IMG/VR virus record: IMGVR_UViG_3300020195_000031
Location: 1 to 54,902 of that record
DNA length: 54,902 nucleotides
Strand: one strand, 5' to 3'
DNA from: a virus
Taxonomy: Duplodnaviria; Caudoviricetes
Notes under the pieces: generated by a model
Told to the model about the DNA's origin: nothing
The model's database searches: none
What the model saw: the letters and a program-made list of their open reading frames with translations, nothing else
Shown: piece by piece, positions 24,971 to 35,600 of the stretch
Layout of the letters: each line of letters begins with the position of its first letter
How positions within the stretch are numbered: position 1 is the stretch's first letter
Made by a program: the position numbers and the translations under genes

Positions 24971-27664
24971 ATGACGACCCGCACAGAGGCAATAACCAAT
25001 TTTCTTAATGCCCGAACACACCCTGATCTAGCTGCCTTATACAACTATGATATGGAGGTACAGGTTCTAGTAGCTCAAGACGGCGGAGAAAGAATCAATG
25101 GTGAATATCAAGGCCGTAAATGGCATGGGTGGACGGACGGTATTCAGGTGTGGAAGCCTTTTCGTGTTCCCTATAACGCAGGCACTAAGCCAGAATTCAC
25201 TGATTCAGAAATCAAATTCGATCTAGACGCTCATGCCGAAGGTATTGGCATGACTGGATGGGATTGGGTGAAGCGTTGTTCTCGGTGGGTCGCGTTTGAT
25301 TTTGATGCCATTGTTGGCCACTCGGAGAGACACAATGCTAAGCTATCTGTAGAACAGTTGCAAGAGGTTGAAAGCAAAGCGAAAGAGATACCTTGGATAT
25401 CTGTTAGACGCTCTGCTGGAGGAAAGGGCCTTCACCTCTACGTTTTCCTTGATCCTGTTGTTGATACTGCTAACCATCATGAACATGCTGCTCTTGCTCG
25501 CAGCATTCTTGGCACTTTGAGTGCGATGACTGGCTTTGATTTTGACAGCAAAGTAGATATATGCGGCGGGAACATGTGGGTGTGGCATCGCAAGATGCAA
25601 TCATCCAATGGTCTTACTCTCGTCAAGCAAGGTGAGCCGTTAGATAATGTTCCTGTTAACTGGCGTGACCATCTAGAGGTTGTAAAGGGTAAGAGTCGGC
25701 GTAATCTGCCTTCCTTTGTCAAAGAAACAGGCGTCGAGCTTGACATCTTTGACCAGTTGTGCGGGACACAAAGCAATGTACCTCTCGATGACGATCATAA
25801 GAAACTGTTGACGTTTCTGCAATCAAACGAGTCGTTTGCATGGTGGGATCAAGATAGGCATATGCTCGTTTGTCATTCACATGATCTAAAGGTTGCCCAC
25901 GACGAGTTGCACCTTAAAGGAATTTTTCATACTCTCGCACAAGGTACGGAAAGTGGTCAAGATCAAAACTGCTATGCCTTCCCTCTCCGAGCAGGTGCAT
26001 GGGTTGTTCGCCGGCATACAAAAGGTGTCGCAGAACACACGACATGGGATCAGGACGCCAGCGGATGGACTCGCTGTTTCTACAATCAAGAACCGGATCT
26101 CAAAACAGCTTGTCAAGCCTTCGGAGCTATCGAAGATCCGAAAACGGGTCAGTTTGTTTTCCGCGAAGCAGAAATGGCCATCGAAGCTGCAAAAGCTCTT
26201 GGCAAAACTATAAGCCTGCCTGCATCAATGGGAATCCATCGCACGACGAAACTATCTGTGCATAAGAGTGGTCGTTTGGTTTGCGAAATTGATGCTACAC
26301 CGCACGACGATGCGAAGTCTCTCCAAGGGTGGCTGGCTAAGAAAGACAAGTGGATAAAGGTGTTTGATGGTAGAATCGAAAACCGAAAAGACGATCTTGA
26401 GGTTGAAAACTATGACGATCTAATCAGGCACGTTGTAGTGGAAAGCTCACGAGCCGACTACGGGTGGCTTATTAGAAGCATGGGAGCGTGGAACGAAGAA
26501 CCGTTGACTCATATCAATGCTGCTCTCAAAGCAATGGGACTCAATCCCAAAGAGCTTAGTGGCGTCGTAGGTAAGGCTGTCGTGCAATGCTGGTTGTTAG
26601 TGAATCGTCCGTTTCAGCCCGAGTATCCGGGCGATAGACAATGGAATCGGAATGCTGCACAGTTACGCTTCACACCCTCACAGGAAGAAAATCTGACGTA
26701 TCCTACGTGGCTCAAGCTGCTTGACCATTGCGGTGAAGGATTGAATGAAGCGATTTCAACAAACAAATGGTGCAAGGAAAATGCCGTTAAGACTGGTTCA
26801 GACTACTTGAAGATATGGGTAGCCAGTATGTTCCAAGAGCCGGAGCAGCCGCTACCGTATCTGTTCTTTTATTCGCCGGAACAGAATACTGGCAAGTCGT
26901 CGTTTCATGAAGCCCTCTCATTACTGATGACACGAGGCTATCAACGAGCAGATAACGCATTGATTTCACAATCGGGCTTCAACGGTGAATTGGAATCCAC
27001 TGTATTGTGCGTCGTTGAAGAAACTGACCTCAAGAAAAATAAGACTGCATCCAACCGCATTAAGGATTGGGTTACAGGCCGGCAAATCAATATTCATAAG
27101 AAGCAGAATACGCCGTATCACGTAATCAATACAACGCATTGGGTGCAATGTTCCAACGACTACGATGCTTGTCCGATGTTCCCCGGCGATACGCGTATCG
27201 TTATGATTCGCGTACCTGCTTTGAAAGAAATGATTCCGAAACGTGATCTGATTCCTCTACTTGAAAAGGAGGCTGCTAATTTTCTCGGTGCTGTCATGCG
27301 TCTCGAATTACCACGCTCCAATGATCGCTTGAATGTTCCTGTAATCGAAACCGCTGAAAAATCAGCAGCTATTGAAAGCAATAAGACATCGCTCCAATTG
27401 TTCATTGAGAAATTTACTTACAATGTTCCCGGAGAGACGATTGAATTCGCCGAATTTTATGACAGGTATCTTGAGTATCTTGACGTTTCTGAGGTCGGCG
27501 ACTGGTCAAAGAAACGAACCAGTCAAGAGTTTCCACCGCACTATCCGAAGGGTGGAGCAACATGGGCGAAGAACAAATTGCATGTAGGCAATATCTCATG
27601 GGAAAATAAAGAAGCGTCTGGAATCAAATTGCACGTTAACAATGGAGTGATGACTAAGCTATGA
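24971..27664 (+). CDS. primase-polymerase (AEP-like) / SF3 helicase fusion
   Basis: VAFDFD and RRSAGGKGLHLY (AEP motifs I and II); EQNTGKS Walker A, VVEE Walker B, CSN sensor. Confidence 0.85.
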   Translation: MTTRTEAITNFLNARTHPDLAALYNYDMEVQVLVAQDGGERINGEYQGRKWHGWTDGIQVWKPFRVPYNAGTKPEFTDSEIKFDLDAHAEGIGMTGWDWVKRCSRWVAFDFDAIVGHSERHNAKLSVEQLQEVESKAKEIPWISVRRSAGGKGLHLYVFLDPVVDTANHHEHAALARSILGTLSAMTGFDFDSKVDICGGNMWVWHRKMQSSNGLTLVKQGEPLDNVPVNWRDHLEVVKGKSRRNLPSFVKETGVELDIFDQLCGTQSNVPLDDDHKKLLTFLQSNESFAWWDQDRHMLVCHSHDLKVAHDELHLKGIFHTLAQGTESGQDQNCYAFPLRAGAWVVRRHTKGVAEHTTWDQDASGWTRCFYNQEPDLKTACQAFGAIEDPKTGQFVFREAEMAIEAAKALGKTISLPASMGIHRTTKLSVHKSGRLVCEIDATPHDDAKSLQGWLAKKDKWIKVFDGRIENRKDDLEVENYDDLIRHVVVESSRADYGWLIRSMGAWNEEPLTHINAALKAMGLNPKELSGVVGKAVVQCWLLVNRPFQPEYPGDRQWNRNAAQLRFTPSQEENLTYPTWLKLLDHCGEGLNEAISTNKWCKENAVKTGSDYLKIWVASMFQEPEQPLPYLFFYSPEQNTGKSSFHEALSLLMTRGYQRADNALISQSGFNGELESTVLCVVEETDLKKNKTASNRIKDWVTGRQINIHKKQNTPYHVINTTHWVQCSNDYDACPMFPGDTRIVMIRVPALKEMIPKRDLIPLLEKEAANFLGAVMRLELPRSNDRLNVPVIETAEKSAAIESNKTSLQLFIEKFTYNVPGETIEFAEFYDRYLEYLDVSEVGDWSKKRTSQEFPPHYPKGGATWAKNKLHVGNISWENKEASGIKLHVNNGVMTKL

Positions 27665-27843
27665 AAAAGAACCAGTCTCAAATAAAATCAACGACCATTA
27701 CTTATAATGAGAGTGATAAGAAAACTGGTGTTGATTTTCGCGACGGTAAATTATCCTATGTCGGTATGTTCATAGATCATTGGAAGCCTGCGGAATGCTT
27801 GAAAAAACTTGCCGCTATTGTAAAGGAACACCAATGCGGATAA
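27661..27843 (+). CDS. hypothetical protein
   Basis: ATGA overlap with the primase stop. Confidence 0.5.
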   Translation: MKKNQSQIKSTTITYNESDKKTGVDFRDGKLSYVGMFIDHWKPAECLKKLAAIVKEHQCG

Positions 27844-28382
27844 TCGGTTTTGGGCATCGTCGCAGGGTCGGTAAAGATACCTGTGCCAAGTTTCTAAGCA
27901 TCATTCTGAGGATGAAGAATCGTGATGTTAAGAAGGTTGGTTTTTCAGATGAACTTTACCGCATCTGCCATCAACTCTACAAGTGGGCAGGCTTCAAGAC
28001 TAAGGAGTATTACGAAGAACATGGCCATCTAAAGGAAGTCAAACTCGCCGCTGTCAATCGAACACCGAGAGAGATTCTTATTGACGTTGGCATGAAGATG
28101 CGTGAACAAGACCCTTACGTCTGGATCGACCAAGCTTTGCGTGGAACGCATTGTGAGTTTCTAATCATGGCGGATGTTCGTTTTCACAATGAAGTTTCTA
28201 GAATCAAAGAGCTTGGCGGACAATGTATCAAAATTGAACGTCCCGGTATTGAGAAATTTGACGATCCAGCGGATGCTGACCTCAAGAATTGGGATCAGTG
28301 GGATCAGATATTGGTGAACGATGGCACGTTAAGTAATCTCAATGACCAGATGATGACTTTAGCGGAGAATCTTCTTGCTTAG
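27834..28382 (+). CDS. deoxynucleoside monophosphate kinase
   Basis: IIGFGHRRRVGKDT, TPREILIDVG, DVRFHNE, ILVNDGTL. Confidence 0.88.
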   Translation: MRIIGFGHRRRVGKDTCAKFLSIILRMKNRDVKKVGFSDELYRICHQLYKWAGFKTKEYYEEHGHLKEVKLAAVNRTPREILIDVGMKMREQDPYVWIDQALRGTHCEFLIMADVRFHNEVSRIKELGGQCIKIERPGIEKFDDPADADLKNWDQWDQILVNDGTLSNLNDQMMTLAENLLA

Positions 28383-28469
28383 AGTTTGGATCGAAATGAC
28401 TGCTTTTGATTCTTTGATTCTAGCAGCTACGATTTGTTGCTGTTTCTTTAATCTATAATTGGTGGAAAC

Positions 28470-28829
28470 ATGGCTAAGAAACTTCTAATCTTGGACAACC
28501 ATCCTTTTGCTTTCCCTGAAATGCAGGTTTTTCCTGCCTACGTGTATAACGTGGTCGATGGCGATACCATTGATTGTGTGATCGCCTTGCCCTTTGACAA
28601 CATCGGATACGAACGCTTACGAGTCCGCGGTATCGACACGCCGGAACGTGGACAATTTGGTTGGGACGAAGCGACGAGTCTAACTGCTTCCCTTGTAATG
28701 GGAAAGCAGGTGAAAATCATTACCTACAAGGATAACAAGACGCTTGGACGATACGTTGCAGACGTATTCTTTATGACGAAAAGTGGTTGGGTTTCTCTCG
28801 CTGGTGAACTGAAAAGGAATAACTTTTGA
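28470..28829 (+). CDS. thermonuclease (SNase-like)
   Basis: VVDGDTI, RVRGIDTPE, GRYVADV. Confidence 0.88.
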   Translation: MAKKLLILDNHPFAFPEMQVFPAYVYNVVDGDTIDCVIALPFDNIGYERLRVRGIDTPERGQFGWDEATSLTASLVMGKQVKIITYKDNKTLGRYVADVFFMTKSGWVSLAGELKRNNF

Positions 28830-29244
28830 AATGCCTGCTCAAAATATATTCTCGTTTTCGTTCAGAGGAAACACGCTTTTGGGATTTGGTAAATATTAAA
28901 AGTGAACTTGAATGTTGGCTTTGGCAAGGCTATATTAAGAAAGATAGTGGTTTGCGACAGACAATAAAGAAACTGTTCGTTACGCATACGCAAACAAAAT
29001 TGGGCCCATCGGATCTTTATTTGTTTTGCACAAGTGCGATACTCGGGCATGTGTCAACCCGGCACATTTGTTTCTAGGCACAAATGATGAGAATATGCAA
29101 GACATGCTTAGTAAAAATAGGCAACAAGATCACCGCACATTGTTTCCCGAAACAAAAAAGAAAATCCTGCAATTATTCATTGCAGGATTTTCAAGAAACT
29201 CTATTGCAAAACAATGTAATTGTTCTTGCGATACAGTTTGTTAA
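28829..29244 (+). pseudogene. frameshifted HNH endonuclease
   Basis: RFWDLV...ECWLWQG in one frame; YAYANKIGPI..VLHKCDTRACVNPAHL..GTNDEN in the -1 frame from about 28950. Confidence 0.8.
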
Positions 29245-29265
29245 TTCTTTTTGAAAGGCTTTCTG

Positions 29266-29889
29266 ATGGCAATGTCGCTCATACACTTAAATGGGAACTT
29301 GCTTTGTAGTATAGATACCGAAACGACTGGCCTTATTCCCGGCAAACACGATATTATCCAAGTAGCCGTCGTACCGCTTGATTCTAACCTCCAACCATTG
29401 AAAGAGATTCACGGTCGGCTGTTGCTTCCTTTTGTTCTTGACATCATTCCAAAGCGTCCACACAATATTGAAAAGGAAGCAATGCGTGTCAACGGGAGGC
29501 AGCTATCCGAATTGATGCGGACAGCTACCGAACCGTTCAAAGCTGCCGACATGTTCGAGGAATGGTTTGAGAGTTTGAAATTGGGCATAGGCAAAAAGAT
29601 AGCCCCGCTCGGACAGAATTATCCGTTTGATCGTGGTTTCTTAATCGACTGGTTGGGTGATCTTAACTACGATCAGTTTTTTGATTACAACATCAGAGAC
29701 ACCAAGAGTACAGCACTCTTTCTTAACGATCTGGCCGACTCGAAGGCTGAACCTTGCCCGTATCCAAAGTATAAGCTGTCGTCTCTTTGCGAACGCCTAG
29801 GTGTCTCTCTAGAGAAGGCACACGATGCTCTGGCTGACGCACGGGCAACGGCGGAGGTGTATCGTCGGATGATTCTAGCTGCGAAATAA
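29266..29889 (+). CDS. DEDDh 3'-5' exonuclease (DnaQ/RNase T-like)
   Basis: IDTETTGL, QNYPFD, RDT, AHDALADA. Confidence 0.9.
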   Translation: MAMSLIHLNGNLLCSIDTETTGLIPGKHDIIQVAVVPLDSNLQPLKEIHGRLLLPFVLDIIPKRPHNIEKEAMRVNGRQLSELMRTATEPFKAADMFEEWFESLKLGIGKKIAPLGQNYPFDRGFLIDWLGDLNYDQFFDYNIRDTKSTALFLNDLADSKAEPCPYPKYKLSSLCERLGVSLEKAHDALADARATAEVYRRMILAAK

Positions 29890-29917
29890 GCATCCAAGTC
29901 CATTTACCTGTTCTCCG

Positions 29918-29956
29918 AAGCCGCTCGTCTGCGTCAAGCAGGCGGGCGGCTTTTTT
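29918..29956 (+). terminator. intrinsic terminator ending the rightward operon
   Basis: AAGCCGCTCGTCTGC/GCAGGCGGGCGGCTT stem plus T-tract; G-U pairs valid on the plus strand. Confidence 0.85.
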
Positions 29957-30041
29957 GTACCCATCAGATTTTCGGGGAGGAATCCAAATCACACCAGTGA
30001 TTTTGTTATGCCGGACGCCGCGAGGCAGATTATCAGGACGT

Positions 30042-30272
30042 TCATGCTCCATTGCTTAACCTTTGATTATGCTGTTGACTGAACCATTCAGAAACAAGGG
30101 GTGCAAGAATTGCTAGTGCTTCGGACGTTATGCCAGTATCGTGCATCAGTTGAGCCAGACGATGCCTGATTTCCGAATCAGATTCATAAAAGATGAATCC
30201 TAGCAAAAAACCGGACATGAAAACTGCTGTCCGTCTTGTTGCCGTTCCGAAAAAAGCCAGCAACTTACTCAT
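30042..30272 (-). CDS. small membrane protein, holin candidate
   Basis: hydrophobic segment AVFMSGFLLGFIFY; near the end of the late operon. Confidence 0.4.
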   Translation of the reverse strand: MSKLLAFFGTATRRTAVFMSGFLLGFIFYESDSEIRHRLAQLMHDTGITSEALAILAPLVSEWFSQQHNQRLSNGA

Positions 30273-30624
30273 TCTTTGCCTCCTTAATAACGTCGCGAAT
30301 GACGGTCGTGCTTCTCAAAAAGATACGCTTCAACGTCGGGGTGAGTCTAGCATCTTTATTCACGTAATCGTCGTGCTTGTCAGCAACAGCAATCATCGGA
30401 GGTTCAAAGTTTTTGACAGACACTTCATTCTTTTCTAGCTGCTGCCGGACGATAGATGATTTCAACTTCATTACTGCTTTGACAGTGCTAAGCAGCTTAG
30501 TATCAGCATCGACATACGCATCATGCCGATCCAAGACAGGGTTCGTCATGTCTCGAATGTTTGCTGTTGAAATCTGTCCGACGCAACCGGGCAACGCAAG
30601 AATCAAGAGAAGAAACCAACGCAT
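30265..30624 (-). CDS. lipoprotein with internal duplication (spanin candidate)
   Basis: MRWFLLLILALPGC lipobox; repeats VLDRHDAYVDAD and VADKHDDYVNKD. Confidence 0.65.
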   Translation of the reverse strand: MRWFLLLILALPGCVGQISTANIRDMTNPVLDRHDAYVDADTKLLSTVKAVMKLKSSIVRQQLEKNEVSVKNFEPPMIAVADKHDDYVNKDARLTPTLKRIFLRSTTVIRDVIKEAKNE

Positions 30625-30634
30625 AGTGTGCCTT

Positions 30635-30952
30635 TCAAAGGGCGGCCTTAATTCCAGCAAGCAACATATTCAATCCTAGAGCCACAGTTTTTTCGACAGC
30701 TTCCCAAACATTGTTGACAGCTTTGAGACGATTCTTTTCAGCAAGCCCACGAACCTGCCCGAACAACTCTTTGACGGCAGCAGCCCGGATCACTTCATTT
30801 GGAACCTGCATGATCGCAACAAAGTCGTCCATAATATCTCTTGCGAAGTTTTCAACATCTTCAACTGCTCCGGTCGTTGTAGACTTGAGCAAGTCTTTCA
30901 AGATACCTTTTGCGTCTTTTGCAAGCTGTTCAAAATCCAAGTCGAGTTTCAT
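30635..30952 (-). CDS. hypothetical helical protein
   Basis: GAGG RBS before MKLDLDF; amphipathic C-terminus. Confidence 0.6.
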   Translation of the reverse strand: MKLDLDFEQLAKDAKGILKDLLKSTTTGAVEDVENFARDIMDDFVAIMQVPNEVIRAAAVKELFGQVRGLAEKNRLKAVNNVWEAVEKTVALGLNMLLAGIKAAL

Positions 30953-30953
30953 G

Positions 30954-31271
30954 TTACCTCTTCCAACCGAATGTTCGGTTTGTTGTTGGGTTACGAAGCC
31001 CACGAAACGGATGCAGGCATCCGTGTTTGGGCAATTTCTCTTTGTACGCTGCCAGATTAAGAATATCTTTCTGGTTCTTAGTGATATTGCATTTGCAAAC
31101 GCCGCAATACGTTTGGCCTTGCGGAGTTTGTTTCAATCTGTTGCAAGAATCACACGTTTCTATTCTCTCTTTAAAAATCTCCAATGAGACTTTTGGCCGA
31201 GTGACAATCACTTTTAACGCTTCTAACGCATTAGCAAAAGTCAAATTTCTTTCTTCGATTTCCATATACAT
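30954..31271 (-). CDS. zinc-binding protein
   Basis: ERIETCDSC...CGVCKC...GC..P....W. Confidence 0.6.
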   Translation of the reverse strand: MYMEIEERNLTFANALEALKVIVTRPKVSLEIFKERIETCDSCNRLKQTPQGQTYCGVCKCNITKNQKDILNLAAYKEKLPKHGCLHPFRGLRNPTTNRTFGWKR

Positions 31272-31623
31272 TTTCTACGTTTGGGGTTTTCGCGGATAAA
31301 AACTTTGACGTTTCTGTTTTCCCAAATTGCGACCCACAACAGCTTTCAACCAATGTTACTGTGCTATTTTTTCGCCGTTTCAAGATACCAAGAGCCGTCG
31401 ATAATACACAGTATGGAGTATTGATTCCACAAACAATATAGTGTTTGTGTTTTCCTAATTTTTCAGCAAAGGTGGCTCCAACAACAACATCATCATCCAT
31501 TTCTTTCAGGCAATGAAAAACACATTTGCCTTTTGCTGCTGTTAAAAGACTCTTGTATATTCGACTAGGTGGAAATTTGACAAAACAAATTGGGCCATCG
31601 TGTGAACGAATCAAAGGCATCAT
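31231..31623 (-). CDS. isochorismatase/nicotinamidase-like cysteine hydrolase, N-terminally truncated
   Basis: IVCGINTPYCVLSTA...VTLVESCCGS family motif; no IDxQ aspartate motif. Confidence 0.55.
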   Translation of the reverse strand: MMPLIRSHDGPICFVKFPPSRIYKSLLTAAKGKCVFHCLKEMDDDVVVGATFAEKLGKHKHYIVCGINTPYCVLSTALGILKRRKNSTVTLVESCCGSQFGKTETSKFLSAKTPNVENVYGNRRKKFDFC

Positions 31624-31625
31624 GC

Positions 31626-32156
31626 TCAATACCTCCAAGACTTAAAATTATGGTGATTAAAATATCGCGACCACAGTGGCAATTCAATCAGCGAAGCAGC
31701 ATAACATGTCCCAAAAGTTTTGCTGATTAGATCAGGGCCAGTAACGTGCATCGTCAAGTCTCTGTCCAGTGTCCGTATGCGCTCAGCATTGTCGATAATA
31801 GTTTGCAACGCCCACTTAATGGGTACTGCTCCCGGAACAGCACCCATTATACAGTTGCCTGCCCCGCTGAATTGTTTGACTGCCCAACAATCAAACAGAT
31901 CCAGCCACGTTGGATATTGCAATGGTTCAACGTCGATATCCACGTATAATCCACCATACCGATACAGCACTTCCAATCGCAGAATGTCAGCGGCCAAACC
32001 CACATTAGGACATTCGGATATTAGATTGCCTGTTACTGGCTTCTCGATAGTGGCCCATGTTTTTACCTCCCACTTGGGGTAGATGATTCTGTAATCAAAA
32101 ACTGCCGGACGTATTTTGTCACCGATCCAAACATGATGGATGATTTTGGGAATCAT
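31626..32156 (-). CDS. glycosyltransferase, GT32/OCH1-like (DXD)
   Basis: MIPKIIHHVWIG, ADILRLEVLYRYGGLYVDID, TGP, HH..SW. Confidence 0.9.
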   Translation of the reverse strand: MIPKIIHHVWIGDKIRPAVFDYRIIYPKWEVKTWATIEKPVTGNLISECPNVGLAADILRLEVLYRYGGLYVDIDVEPLQYPTWLDLFDCWAVKQFSGAGNCIMGAVPGAVPIKWALQTIIDNAERIRTLDRDLTMHVTGPDLISKTFGTCYAASLIELPLWSRYFNHHNFKSWRY

Positions 32157-32641
32157 AGTGTCACCGAAACCGAACCGGCACAGAACGATAATGAGTTCAG
32201 CGAAAATGTGCCTGCCAAATTACCGCCCGAGCATGTCACACCAGTGATTACTTTGAAGCCTGTCCAGATTGAATCTGACCCGCCCCAATCAACATCCGTA
32301 CCGGTATAATCAATACGTGCAGCAACCTCACCAGTATCTACATCGCAGCGAACAATAAGAACCATCTTTTCAGCGGGTAGACCTGTCGGGGTTTTCTTCC
32401 ATATCCATTCATGGTATGTAGTCAGGTCTTGATAGGACTTATCCTCGGAATAGGTACCATTTGCATCAGTGCAGAATGAACTACCAACAGCACCTGTCAC
32501 CTCTGGAGAATTCGACGGTGTTGCACGACAGTCTGGAAAACATCCTTCTGCGCAACATTCACAGTTTTCAGCATCAGCGGTGAAAACAATTAAGCCACCG
32601 TCAAAGACAATCTTACCGTCGATGAAAAGGATACTTGCCAT
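32153..32641 (-). CDS. Cys-rich putative virion/tail-tip protein
   Basis: CECC.EGCFPDC; TAATG overlap with the large tail gene. Confidence 0.55.
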   Translation of the reverse strand: MASILFIDGKIVFDGGLIVFTADAENCECCAEGCFPDCRATPSNSPEVTGAVGSSFCTDANGTYSEDKSYQDLTTYHEWIWKKTPTGLPAEKMVLIVRCDVDTGEVAARIDYTGTDVDWGGSDSIWTGFKVITGVTCSGGNLAGTFSLNSLSFCAGSVSVTL

Positions 32642-35600
32642 TATGGACACTCCACACCAGTATGAACGTCCGTCCAACCAGACTCGGTGTTTGCATCAGG
32701 CAGCACAGTGATGACTTGGGTTTTCTTCTGCAACTTGCGTGTTGTGCCATCGACTTGCATATTAGTAACCACCGTTATGGTGACGGGAGTTACCTTTACC
32801 CACTCCGCGCCATCAAACTTGAGCAAATCGCCCGATGCTGGTGCCAGTGTGTCGTCAACGTCTTTCAGATGCTTGAGCATCTGCGGAACGTAAAACTCGT
32901 CTTGCTCCGTTGGCGTATCCTGATTGATTTCCTCAAGACAGTGTCCGCGTGCATCATGCTTGAGGCTATGACCATTGATTTCAACCTTCGTGCCTTTAGC
33001 TGTAGTGTTTGAGCCATCTTCGGTTACGATCACCGATGAGACATTTGGAAATTCAAAAGCCTCGTCAGCAGCCGCAGGCCCAATATGGTTAAAATCAGCG
33101 GTATTGAATCCTGTACCGACTTCAATATCATTAGTTATTTCAAGCCACAAATCATCTGGATTGATTCTGACAACAAAATCGTCATTGTTGCCAAAATTAC
33201 CATTAAGATGACCCTTCGCATCACTGTTGTACGTTATCGTCTTGAAATTGATCTGCCCACTACTGGTGATTTGTTCGAGGCAGTTGATTTCGTTAAGACC
33301 ATCAACAGCCTGCGGATCAGAGTGTTTTAGAGTGTAGAATGCAATGGCAGCATCCGTGAAAATCATTTCGATCCACGGATCTTCGGTAAGTAATACCTCT
33401 TCCAAGTATCCGGGAGTCTCACCTGCCTTTGCAGCGACCAATCTATCAGTAGCGGCCACAGTATCAATAAGCACCTCGATAGGTTCGCCGCAATCGAAGC
33501 CTTCGTCACCAACCCAACCATCTGCCTCAAAGTTAAAATGTCCAGAGTAGTCAAATTTGCGGCATTGTGGAAATACTCTCAATACGCTTCTCGCAACGTC
33601 CCATTCAAACTTGGGGCTAAAAAGAACAGCATGCCCGCCGGGGCATCCGGTATCATGATTAGCCTGCATCATTTCAGTAAAGGTTCCCGAATCACCATCT
33701 TCGATCTTCTGAACATGCACAAGAGTAGGAGAAGAAACGGTATTGATTTCCTCTTCAATTTCGCCAACAAACTGCCCCGGAAGAACCCATGTGAACATGC
33801 AACTCGTTGCCACCTGAACAAAAGGTATCGAACGATTGAACCACCAGATTCCTCGACCCTCTGATGTAGTGGTATGGTAGATGTCAACGATTTCACCGTC
33901 GTAGACCCAACCAACAGGAGCATGCGGAAATGCTCCAGAAGCGACAACCATTTCTGCGAGATTGAATGCTACAATCTGAATATCATCAAGGTCGCTACCA
34001 CCGCCACCCTTGTGTTTCAGAATGTTGTAAGCAACATCCGTGATTCCACCAGCAAGATTCAGAAGCTTGACATTGTACTTCATCCCACCTTCATTGTAGC
34101 CATCTTCGTCTCTTGAGTTTTCAAAAACAACACCATGCCATGCTCGCGTTACGAGACGATGGCAAATATGCACACCGTCCTGTCCACGCTCGACCTCGAT
34201 CCAGTCGCCTACTCTTAGATTGTGTTGCGGATTGGTGTCAACAACAACTCGTTCCGTGTGTGTCGCTGGCTTGAACCAACCGTCCATATAGTAATCAACA
34301 TAGAACGTGTTCTTGAATTCTTCATGCACTCGAACAATCTTAGCAAGTCTCTTGCTAGAAGATTCTAGCTTCCGTAGCTCACGCATCACCTCGTCGACGC
34401 CGAATTCATCGCGAGCATAGAAAACAGCAGCATTGCTTTCTTCAAACAAGTCAGCAGGATTATCAGGAATACTATCACCTGAGTCGTCGAGCCATGCCAG
34501 AGGATGCGTCGTGACACTTCCCGCAATTGCAGGCGTCCAAAGAGACAAGTGAACCAATCCATCATGCACTGGATTGTGAACACTATAGACGACTGTTTTC
34601 TGAAACAATGAACCTAGCAAACCAGTGCTGTAGTTTGTTGCTACAGTGTCATACACTTCTAGACCGAATGCTTCTGGAAACGCTGTAGCATGAAAGAGCC
34701 GCCAAACATTCGAGTATCGGGTTCCCCAAAAGAGCAACGATTTGTCGACGAGAGTAGCATCGTTGTAGATATACATCTCTACTTGCTGTTCTCGCTTGCC
34801 GTACTTGTCAAAATTATTCTCGTAGACCTGCTGAGCATCAACATCGAAAGGCTCTGGAGCATACGACCGTCGCCACTTGCCAACCAATCGTGTAGTAACT
34901 TCTTCGGCAGGAGTAAATTCAAGAACCGGACTATTCTCAAGAGTCTTTGCTTCATTGAGTGTGAAATCTGTTGAAGGTTCTCCGGAGAGGTACCTGATCT
35001 TAATTGTCGGCCCATCGCAAATCAAAGCACAACGGGCCTGCCAAGCAATCTCTTGACATACTGCTAGAGCGTCCGGACGTTCACTGATTGTAAAGTGCGA
35101 TGGGTAATTCGTTAAGGCTGCAGCGACGCTAGCAAACGTCGATCCGTCGGTTAGCAGGTCTGTGTAGCTATCCAACAGGTACTCAATGATTGCAGCCGTA
35201 TTGCTACCAATCGTCGATTCCAATGTTACATAGATTTGAGCCTTATCCCACGCCTGACCTTTCAATGTATCTAGCGGTCGAATGAATTCAATCGTCGTTA
35301 CATTTTGCGGCCCTGATTCTAGATTCGTTTCTCGGGACAGATTGATTGTATACAGTATCTTCGGAATCGGGCTAAAAAATGCGTGACCCTCTTCGTCTTG
35401 CCACACTCCATAGACAGCAAGCACTTCTTCCGAAGTAAAGAGGTTAGCAATGTACACGTCACCAACAGGAGGATTCCATTGCCGAATGTCTTGCCCTGAT
35501 CGAGCAGACCAAAAAGCATTCTTGATGAATTTGAGCAATTCCAGTTGATGAATCAAACCACCAAACGGGCTCTTTAGAGTGTCGTCGACGTTCTCAAACT

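Noticed and set aside
29723-30052. 109-aa minus-strand ORF after the holin candidate
   Set aside because: Crosses the terminator hairpin and overlaps the exonuclease gene by over 160 nt; at most the 5' part is real.
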